Assembly (NCBI GenBank): GCA_020350785.1
Contig: CP070722.1
Span: 4,020,692-4,084,030, forward strand
Direction of reading: 5' to 3'
Length of the DNA stretch: 63,339 nucleotides
Source: Gemmatimonadota bacterium
Lineage (GTDB): Bacteria; Gemmatimonadota; Gemmatimonadetes; Palauibacterales; KS3-K002
Under the pieces are notes generated by a model that saw nothing but the letters and a program-made list of their open reading frames with translations, searched no databases and had not been told where the DNA came from. The position numbers and the translations under genes were made by a program. Shown here piece after piece: positions 18,964-26,517 of this stretch; position 1 is the first letter of the stretch; each line of letters begins with the position of its first letter.

Positions 18964-20187
18964 GTGGTGGTGGATCTCACCGCGGGTGGGCACGAGCTGG
19001 CGGACGGCGCGGTCAAGGCAAAGCTGGCGGTAGTAGGCGACCTGATGCTGGGCGCCGGCGTGGCCCAGGCGATGTCGGAACACGGTGCGGGCCACACCTT
19101 CCGGCAGGTGAAAGGTTTGCTGGGGGAGGCAGACATTCGATTCGCCAACCTCGAGTGGCCGCTGACCGCCACCGGCCGCCGGCACCCGGTGATCCGGCAC
19201 AGAGCCCGGTGCGTGCCTATGAGGGCTATCGAGGCGGTCACGGACGCCGGGTTCACGGTGGTAAGCGTTGCCAATAATCACATCTTCGACTGTATAGACG
19301 AAGGGCTGGCCGACACGATTCGGTTGCTGCGTGAGCATGGGATCGCGTGGACGGGGGGCGGCGCCTCGCTAGCCGCGGCTCGAACTCCCGCCATCCAGGA
19401 GTCGCACGGAATTCGGTTCGGTTTCCAGGCCTACACGTTCCAGCTACACCAGATCGCCGGTGTCGACTTCCCAGGCTGCGCTCCCAGTGATCCAAAGCTC
19501 ATGCTCGAGGATGTGCGGCGACTCAAAGACCAGGTCGACCATGTCATTGTCTCGCTTCACACCGGGCCGGACGCCGGTGAAGAATTCTTCTTCTACCCAA
19601 CGGTCCGGCGCCAGCGAACCTGTCGAATGCTCATCGATGAGGGGGCAACAGCAGTATTCTGTCATCACTGTCATGTGCCTCAAGGCATCGAGATTTACGG
19701 CGGCGGACTGATCGCGCACGGACTGGGCAGTTTCATCACGGACATTCACGACTGGTACTTTCAGTCTGCGCAGCCGCCGTTCATTGACTACATCGACCGA
19801 ACGATGTTACTGCGGCTCGACCTCGATTCTACGAGGTTGTTGAGCTTCTCTGTTCATCCGACACGCGTCGGAGAGGATCTTGCGGTTCGACCTCTCGAAG
19901 GTGATGAACGCGTAGCGTTCCTGAGATTTCTGCAAGACATATCCGCGCTTCTCTACGATCCTGCCGCGCTGGCGCGGCAGACGCCGAGCCGTGCCCTGTC
20001 GGCGAAGTTGGCCAGGCTGTTGCGAAAGGCGAGAAAGAACGGCATAAGAAGCCTGGCGGGTGAACTCTTGAGGGATACGCTGGGCCGCCTGGATGGCTTG
20101 TTCCTCGAGCCGGGCCGCGTTCGGGCCCTGGAGCAGCAACTCCGGTCGCGAGCGAGCGATTTCGATGAGCGAGCAGGTCTACGGTAA
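18964..20187 (+). CDS. CapA/PGA_cap family metallophosphoesterase-like protein
   Basis: VGDLMLG, FANLE, VANNHIFD, VSLH.G, HH.HVPQ motifs; GGAGG upstream. Confidence 0.85.
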   Translation: MVVDLTAGGHELADGAVKAKLAVVGDLMLGAGVAQAMSEHGAGHTFRQVKGLLGEADIRFANLEWPLTATGRRHPVIRHRARCVPMRAIEAVTDAGFTVVSVANNHIFDCIDEGLADTIRLLREHGIAWTGGGASLAAARTPAIQESHGIRFGFQAYTFQLHQIAGVDFPGCAPSDPKLMLEDVRRLKDQVDHVIVSLHTGPDAGEEFFFYPTVRRQRTCRMLIDEGATAVFCHHCHVPQGIEIYGGGLIAHGLGSFITDIHDWYFQSAQPPFIDYIDRTMLLRLDLDSTRLLSFSVHPTRVGEDLAVRPLEGDERVAFLRFLQDISALLYDPAALARQTPSRALSAKLARLLRKARKNGIRSLAGELLRDTLGRLDGLFLEPGRVRALEQQLRSRASDFDERAGLR

Positions 20188-21319
20188 CCTGCCGCGCCGG
20201 GTTCTCTTTCTGGCCGACGATGTGGGTGGTGGGACCGGGAACCACCTGTTCGCTCTGCTCGAGCATTGGGACAGGTCGCGTTGGCGGGCGCGGGTTGTCA
20301 GCCAGGCGCGCCGTTACGACGGTCGTCTAAGCCCCGACAGCACGGTTGAATATGCCCCGGCCCCGCAATGGTACGACCGTTATCCCTTGGCGCAGGTGAG
20401 GCGCCTGCTCCAACTCCGGCGCTCGATAGTCGCCGACCCTCCGGATCTCGTTCACACCTATTTCTTCTGGTCGATCATCTACGGCCGGCTGCTCAAGCGT
20501 CTCGGTGTGATTCGCGCCCTGGTGGAGAATCGCGAGGACATGGGGTTCAGTTGGGGGCCGCGGGAGTACCGGCTGCTTCGGCTCACGGCGGGCATACCTG
20601 ACAGGGTGATCTGCGTCGCCGAGGCTGTGAGGCAGGTCGTGCTGGAGAGGGAGCGTGTGGAGCCGGCGCGGGTGGTGGTGCTACGTAACGGAGTCGAGCC
20701 AGTGGCGGCAGCCTCCGAGGAGCGAGCCGCGGTGCGCAGCGAATTCGGCCTCGGCGACGAGCATCTCGTCATTGGGATGGTTGCCAATCTCAACCGCGCT
20801 GTCAAAGGTGGTACCTACTTCCTCGAGGCGATACCGACCATCGTGCGAGAGGTACCCAACGCGCGCTTCCTCATCATCGGACGGGTGGAGGGGGAAGAGG
20901 AATTGCGGGCCAAGGCGCGAGCGCTTGGAATCGAGGGCTACCTCACCTTGGCTGGTTATCGCGGCGACATCGCGAGCTGCTACGAGATCATGGATCTGTC
21001 GGTTCTGACCTCGCTGTCGGAGGGTCTCTCGATAACCTTGCTGGAGTCGATGAACCACGGTGTCCCTGTCGTGGCCACTCGTGTAGGAGGCAACCCGGAG
21101 GTCGTGATCGAGGGGGAAACGGGGTTCCTGGTGCCACCGCGCGACGTCCCGGCGTTCGCCGGGCGGGTGGTTCAAGTGCTAAGGGACCCGGCCCTGCGCG
21201 GCCGGATGAGCGATGCCGCCCGCGCGCGGATCAGGCAGGAGTTTCAGATCCGTTCCGTCGCGGCACGCTATCTAGATATCTATGAGGACGTGTTTCGGAA
21301 CGCGAACCCGACAGGCTGA
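20165..21319 (+). CDS. Glycosyltransferase family 4
   Basis: GGGTGNH, VHTY, NGVE, VANLNRAVKG, SLSEGLSITLLESM, VATRVGGNPE. Start ATG 20165. Confidence 0.92.
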   Translation: MSEQVYGNLPRRVLFLADDVGGGTGNHLFALLEHWDRSRWRARVVSQARRYDGRLSPDSTVEYAPAPQWYDRYPLAQVRRLLQLRRSIVADPPDLVHTYFFWSIIYGRLLKRLGVIRALVENREDMGFSWGPREYRLLRLTAGIPDRVICVAEAVRQVVLERERVEPARVVVLRNGVEPVAAASEERAAVRSEFGLGDEHLVIGMVANLNRAVKGGTYFLEAIPTIVREVPNARFLIIGRVEGEEELRAKARALGIEGYLTLAGYRGDIASCYEIMDLSVLTSLSEGLSITLLESMNHGVPVVATRVGGNPEVVIEGETGFLVPPRDVPAFAGRVVQVLRDPALRGRMSDAARARIRQEFQIRSVAARYLDIYEDVFRNANPTG

Positions 21320-22373
21320 GCTCCCCCGTCCTCACCAACTGGCTTTTCTCCCCACGAACCACATCCTTCACGCGCTGGAATCCGCTAACGAATTGAGCGA
21401 CGTGCGGCAAGCTGTCTGCGTTGCCGAAGCGCCGAAGCATGTAGCGGGCGTCGGGATTGGCTCGAAACCAGGACGAATCGTTGTAGCCCGTCTCGGTGGC
21501 GACGGCCCCCATGAAACCCAGGGACTTGAGAACATCGATCTCACGCCTTCCAAAGTCTTGGAGCCGGCCATTGGGGTAGGCCATTATCGGAATCGGGCGG
21601 TAGGCTTCGTCACACAGGCGCCTCCACGAATCCTCGATCTCGCGCCGCGCCTGCTCTGCGGAGGCCTGTGACAGCACCGGATGGTTGACTGTGTGCGGGG
21701 CGAAGGTCATCACGCCCTCCTCGCAGGCGCGCAACTGATCCCATGACATCGGGGAGTACTTGGGAGGGGCGCGGTCTGGGAGCTCGACTTCGGCGCTGGC
21801 AGCGAGAGACTGGATAGCCGCGTCCTTGTCGGCGTCGCGCACCGCCTTGCAGCGTTCCTTGAAGTCTTCGCGTGCCCGATTGCGGTGCTGGATGTCTTCC
21901 CAGTAGTAGCGCAACTCGGAATCCCCGATGATGAGGCGCAGATCCCTGCGAGGTGTATGGTCGAAGACGTAGGTGATCTTATCCCACCAAAACCACATCT
22001 TCTGGTCCAGGAAACCTGTCGTGACAAAAGTGGTAACGGGGCAGTCGAACTCGGCGAAGAGCGGTGCTCCGACCGTCGCCTGGTCGAAGTAGCCATCGTC
22101 AATCGTCACGGCGACGGCGCGGCGCAGCGGCCGCCCATCGCCCGCCAAGCGGTGAATCATCTCCACGAGAGTGAGGAGCTCGTAGCGCTCGCGTCGGAGG
22201 AACTCGAGGACTCGGCGCAATGCCTGGGGGTCACGGCCGTCGATTCCCAGCTCGGCATCACGAAATCTGTGGAGTCGAAGGATGACTCCGCGGTCATGGA
22301 CTAGTGGCGTAAACAGCGCGCCAACGGACGGGAGTGATATTACGCTGCCAACGGCTTTCCCGATCACACTCAC
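21231..22373 (-). CDS. Polysaccharide deacetylase (CE4/NodB)
   Basis: VTIDDGYFD, FAPHTVNHPVL, MAYPNG, LRRF. Start placed at GTG 22373, which overlaps the upstream stop as GTGA. Confidence 0.88.
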   Translation of the reverse strand: MSVIGKAVGSVISLPSVGALFTPLVHDRGVILRLHRFRDAELGIDGRDPQALRRVLEFLRRERYELLTLVEMIHRLAGDGRPLRRAVAVTIDDGYFDQATVGAPLFAEFDCPVTTFVTTGFLDQKMWFWWDKITYVFDHTPRRDLRLIIGDSELRYYWEDIQHRNRAREDFKERCKAVRDADKDAAIQSLAASAEVELPDRAPPKYSPMSWDQLRACEEGVMTFAPHTVNHPVLSQASAEQARREIEDSWRRLCDEAYRPIPIMAYPNGRLQDFGRREIDVLKSLGFMGAVATETGYNDSSWFRANPDARYMLRRFGNADSLPHVAQFVSGFQRVKDVVRGEKSQLVRTGELSLSGSRSETRPHRYLDSVPRRNGSETPA

Positions 22374-23344
22374 GACTTTCGCACCCTTTTCTTTCGGCGC
22401 CTTCTCTGTCTCAACTTCTGCCAGAAGAGATCGCGAGCCCAGCGCCATTGCATGGATCTCCACTCGCGTGGCGGTAGCGAGTCGGTAACGTGTTGCTCGC
22501 GGAGCCAATCGAGCAGCTCGCTGACGGTGGGAAACCAGCCGTCGCGACGAGCCAGGTCCTCGAGCTGTCGGCGGGTAGTTGGATTCACCTCCCCATCTTG
22601 AACGAAGCCTTTTCCGAAATGGGTAGCCACGATGCAGAAACCGCGCTCTGCCTCCAGCCGGGCCACGTTGTCCTGTCGAAGCAGGCTGTTGAACTCGAAA
22701 CGGTCCTCCGCATCGGCGGCGGAAAACCACCAGCGAACCAGGGGGCGGGACGGGTCATGGTACGGCATCGACGGGTTGACCTTCGCCAGGTTGATTTCCC
22801 GGAAGGTCAGATTGCGAACGTAAGCTACGTGTTGGCCACAGAAATCGCCCCACCAGTACGGCGAGCCCTCCACGTGCCCCAGGTAGTAATCGGCCGGACG
22901 GCCATTGAAGCGACGGTACAAGGCGTTCACCACCAGCTGATCCACCCGATCTGCACCCCAGTACAGGTTCTCGCGATTGAAAGCGTGGTTCGCGTGGACT
23001 CGCGGGTAGGCGCCGAAGAGATCTGCCAGGCGCCGGAAACCGGCCAGCGTTCGCTCGCGCTTGCTCGACTCCATGGTCGCGCCGTGTGAGGCGACCTCGA
23101 ATCCTCGACGCTGCAGGTCCAGCGCGAATTCGCGGTACGCGGGATCTTCCAACGTCTCCGAGCTGGAGAAGTTCCGGCTGCCCTCCGGACAGTCCAGCGG
23201 CCAGACGGTCTTTGTCGTCCGCATGTCCAGTCGCTCGAGAAGGCGGTAGACCGGCTCCACGTTCTCCACCGTGGCGACGTCGGTATCGTCGATGACGGTG
23301 AAGGCGAAGCTCTTGCCGCCCGGATAGACTAGGGGGCCTGCCAT
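22370..23344 (-). CDS. Divergent polysaccharide-deacetylase-like protein
   Basis: FTVIDDTD (motif-1-like), FEVASHGA, HANH, IVATHFG; NodB-like barrel pattern but atypical motifs. Confidence 0.6.
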   Translation of the reverse strand: MAGPLVYPGGKSFAFTVIDDTDVATVENVEPVYRLLERLDMRTTKTVWPLDCPEGSRNFSSSETLEDPAYREFALDLQRRGFEVASHGATMESSKRERTLAGFRRLADLFGAYPRVHANHAFNRENLYWGADRVDQLVVNALYRRFNGRPADYYLGHVEGSPYWWGDFCGQHVAYVRNLTFREINLAKVNPSMPYHDPSRPLVRWWFSAADAEDRFEFNSLLRQDNVARLEAERGFCIVATHFGKGFVQDGEVNPTTRRQLEDLARRDGWFPTVSELLDWLREQHVTDSLPPREWRSMQWRWARDLFWQKLRQRRRRKKRVRKS

Positions 23345-23368
23345 CGGGTTCCGGATTGACTCGTAATC

Positions 23369-23378
23369 TTGTTAACAA
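23369..23378. promoter_or_regulatory. Perfect palindrome TTGTTAACAA, possible operator
   Basis: AT-rich 10-bp palindrome 25 nt upstream of the 23344 start in otherwise GC-rich DNA. Confidence 0.3.
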
Positions 23379-23710
23379 TTGCCTGCATGCGGGCCAACCA
23401 CGGCGGGGCAGGCGGTCCGCCGGGGTAGACTGGCCCCGCCGTCCGCCGTGCTGCGGCAGCCTCTGGGGGAGAGGCAACCTCAAAAATTGCAAATATTGTA
23501 CGTGTCCGCCAGACCCGCGGGCCGGAACGGAACCCGTTGCAGTAGGGGGTCTGGAGCGCTGCCCGGGGGACGCGTCTCGTCGCGTGTGTGTTGGCTTGTT
23601 GCGCGCTCGCCGCAGCGGCTGCGACGCTTCGCTTGAATTGAGCGAGCTGGCGGACTGCGGTGCCGCCGGCGTGAACGCGAGGGGTTGCGGCGTCGGGACA
23701 CTTGGCCGGC

Positions 23711-25066
23711 TCAGGCATCGCGGTGCCGACGAGCCGGTCGGGGGCCGGCGTCTGCGCGAGCCCTGACGAGCGACTCTCCGTAGGGGCGGAAGCCTGCCTG
23801 CCTGACGACCGTCCAACCGATCGCCGCACCGGCCGCGGCAACCAGGACGTCGGTTATGTCGAAGAACCGCTCGGCCACGAGAATCTGTCCGAGCTCCAAT
23901 ACCATTGCGAGTTCGAGGGCTGGTAGGAAGCCACGCAGAGCGCCCTGGCGCCGCAGCGGCCAGACGGCGAGCAGAGCTCCGGCCGGTAGGTAGAGGAGGA
24001 AGGAGGCGATCACGTCGCTGACGCTGAAGAGGTCGACGCGAGGGGCGTGGGAGGCGAGCGGTATCCAGCGGGTGATGGAGAACTGCTCGGCGATCGTGGC
24101 GAGATTCAGCTCGGGTAAGAAGGGTCGCCAGGCCCAGACGATCAGGAGCGCTGCATAGGCGAAGGCCAGCGCCAGCGGGCGATTCGGCCCACGCAGAATG
24201 CGCGTCAGTTTCGGGATGTAGGCGCGGGCGGCCCAGGCGCCGGCGGCAATTGCCGCTGCATGTATGACGATCGCGCCCAGCTCGATGGTCTGACCGAAGA
24301 AGCCATGCCCGATCTCGGCACCCACCGCGAGGGCGAGACCGCCCACGGCCGTGCTGCGTGCCGCCGCGGCGTAGCTCCAACCGAGCTCGACCAGGGCGGC
24401 CACAGCGAGGGCGCCGACGGGTATGAAGATCAAGATGTCCAGTACGGGGATGGCGAAAAGAGATTCAGCGCTGAAGGAATCGAGCACGGCACCGAACCGG
24501 CTCAACGGCCCGCCGTAAACGCCAGGGAGCGGCTCGCTTCTGAACAACGGCAATAGCGCTTCCAAGAAGGCGGCGCAGCCGTAAGCGCCGGCGAACAAGA
24601 AGGCGGGCATCCCGACAAAGGAGCGCCGTCCCCGCGCGCCGCGCACCGCCTCGGTGAGAAGCGCGATGGTCACCGATCCCAAGAGCGCGCCACCGCTATT
24701 GGTGAGCAGATCGAGAGCGCTGGCATTGCGCGCAGCCGAGAAGAGTTGCAGGGTCTCGATGCCGAGGCTCAATAAGACGCCCGTCAGCGTCGCCTGGGCG
24801 ATCGCGCTGCGAGCCCTCGCCACAGCGCTCGTCGCCATCCAGAGTGCTCCCCAGCCGGCGAACAAGGCGACGTTGCGAACCGCGTCCACGGCGTCTCGGG
24901 CACTGACTACGGGTTGGAAAGCCCGGATGAGGCGCTCGGCTACGGCGGCGAAATCGGGGTCGGCCCGGAACGGCACGAGAGTCGCCAGAGCGAGCACGCC
25001 TATGTATGCGAGGCGCGCTGCCCTCACTCTCGTGGTGCCCGACGCGTTTCCTGCGGTAGAAGGCAT
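23711..25066 (-). CDS. Multi-repeat VanZ-like integral membrane protein
   Basis: VanZ-type pattern N..LF..G / E..Q....R....D...N..G..LG repeated along the protein. Start ATG 25066 or TTG 25087. Confidence 0.75.
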   Translation of the reverse strand: MPSTAGNASGTTRVRAARLAYIGVLALATLVPFRADPDFAAVAERLIRAFQPVVSARDAVDAVRNVALFAGWGALWMATSAVARARSAIAQATLTGVLLSLGIETLQLFSAARNASALDLLTNSGGALLGSVTIALLTEAVRGARGRRSFVGMPAFLFAGAYGCAAFLEALLPLFRSEPLPGVYGGPLSRFGAVLDSFSAESLFAIPVLDILIFIPVGALAVAALVELGWSYAAAARSTAVGGLALAVGAEIGHGFFGQTIELGAIVIHAAAIAAGAWAARAYIPKLTRILRGPNRPLALAFAYAALLIVWAWRPFLPELNLATIAEQFSITRWIPLASHAPRVDLFSVSDVIASFLLYLPAGALLAVWPLRRQGALRGFLPALELAMVLELGQILVAERFFDITDVLVAAAGAAIGWTVVRQAGFRPYGESLVRARADAGPRPARRHRDA

Positions 25067-25114
25067 CGATCCTACGGAGTCAACCAACTTGCCATTCGCG
25101 GGAAGCTCGCGGGC

Positions 25115-26296
25115 TCAGAAGACCTCATCTGCGCTGCTGTCACCACGTGTCAACCACCATCTGTCGAGCTGGGGCGCCAGCTCGACGTTCGGCCAGCGCA
25201 CCAGGGCATGAACGTTACCCGGCAAGCGAAGAAAGGCGCGACGGCGCAGGAGCGGACCGATAGCGAAATGGCTGGCGCTGCACAACAGGGCGTCGGCGCC
25301 GAGCTGACGGGCGAGCCGCTCGGCCGTGGCGAGCAGGGCGAGGCCGACGTCGGAGCGGTCCGGCGGGAAAAGCAGATCAGAGAGGGTCGCCACTCGGAGC
25401 CCGGCAAGCCTGGGGTCGCCGTTGCGGCGCGGCCGGCGAACGAAGACGATCCCCTGGAGGCCGGAGTCGTCATGAACGGTCCCGGCCAGGTAGCGGTCCG
25501 TCTCGCTCTTGTGGTATCGCCAGCGATAGTAAGAGCCGTCGCGCGCGGGTGCCGCCTCGATCTGACCGCGGCTGCGGATCCAGAGCTGATCGCAGGCGTT
25601 CTCATCGATCTCCGCGGGTGCGTGCGTGACCAGGCCACTTGTGCGGCCGGTGCGGGCCACCAGCCAAAGCCCCGTTGCCGCCGCCACCAGCGCGCCGCCG
25701 AGCGAGGCCAAGCCCGAGCGCTGGGCCAACCGCAGGGCCGTGTGCACCCAGCGCGGAACACTGGCCAGGCCGACACCGTCGAGGTCGAGGCGCCTGGCGA
25801 ATTGCGCTGGGTTGAGGATTCTGATGTGATTGGGCAGCGCACCGAGATCGGTGAAACCGAGCGCTTGAAACAGCTTCCGAGGAGCGGGCTGCACGACCAT
25901 GGCCAACGCCGTGTCGAGCCGATTTACTGCTTCCTTCAGCACCATGAAGCCGACGGGTCCGTTGCGATGCTCCGGCAGGACCATCAGGCCCTTGATCCAG
26001 TGAGCCGGTGTGAGTTCGCCGGCATGCCAGAGACGGATTGGGATGGTCGTCACGTGCCCGAGGGCGCGCCCGGCGGAAAGAAGTAGAAATGTGGGCGGCT
26101 CTTGGCCTCCGGCGGCCGGGTTCTCGGTCGCCGCGAAGCTGCGCGCTTTGCGCAAACCCGCGGCGCTGGCGTTGGGATCCCAGGTCTGTGCGATGAATTC
26201 GGCAAGCGCAGGCAGATGGTGATCAGCCACGCGGACGACTTCGGTTCTTGCGCCCTGTCCGTTCATCGGAGCTGTCGGGCTCTCCGAGATTACCAA
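25115..26296 (-). CDS. Tandem-GNAT-fold acyltransferase
   Basis: GHVTTIP..L......W...LMVLPEHRNGPVG (GNAT motif A-like), second-domain ARDGSYYRWRY; follows an ACP gene directly. Confidence 0.7.
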   Translation of the reverse strand: MVISESPTAPMNGQGARTEVVRVADHHLPALAEFIAQTWDPNASAAGLRKARSFAATENPAAGGQEPPTFLLLSAGRALGHVTTIPIRLWHAGELTPAHWIKGLMVLPEHRNGPVGFMVLKEAVNRLDTALAMVVQPAPRKLFQALGFTDLGALPNHIRILNPAQFARRLDLDGVGLASVPRWVHTALRLAQRSGLASLGGALVAAATGLWLVARTGRTSGLVTHAPAEIDENACDQLWIRSRGQIEAAPARDGSYYRWRYHKSETDRYLAGTVHDDSGLQGIVFVRRPRRNGDPRLAGLRVATLSDLLFPPDRSDVGLALLATAERLARQLGADALLCSASHFAIGPLLRRRAFLRLPGNVHALVRWPNVELAPQLDRWWLTRGDSSADEVF

Positions 26297-26517
26297 GAGG
26301 CGCCCCGGCTTTGAAGTATCCGCTTGATGGTCGCGACGTTGGTCATCTGGAGGGCGTCATCAGGCGAGAGCGAGACTCCGTAGGTGGACTCGAGCTCCAT
26401 TATGAGGTTCACGTGCCCCATCGAGTCCCACTCCTCGAGTGTGGTGTTGGACGTAGTGTCGTCGATCTTGCCGGGATTCACGCCGAAGATCCGGCCGATG
26501 ATCTGCTCCGGTGCCAT
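26290..26517 (-). CDS. Acyl carrier protein (ACP-B)
   Basis: 75 aa, acidic, WDSMGHVNLI phosphopantetheine serine motif; start overlaps the FkbH stop as TGATG. Confidence 0.9.
   Translation of the reverse strand: MAPEQIIGRIFGVNPGKIDDTTSNTTLEEWDSMGHVNLIMELESTYGVSLSPDDALQMTNVATIKRILQSRGASW

Noticed and set aside
18964-20187. Poly-gamma-glutamate capsule suggested by CapA
   Set aside because: No capB or capC in the window; CapA-family proteins often occur alone in polysaccharide loci.
22470-22477. GGCGGTAG ops/JUMPstart-like octamer (also at 52542-52549)
   Set aside because: Both copies are inside CDSs on the antisense strand, not in a leader, with no JUMPstart context.
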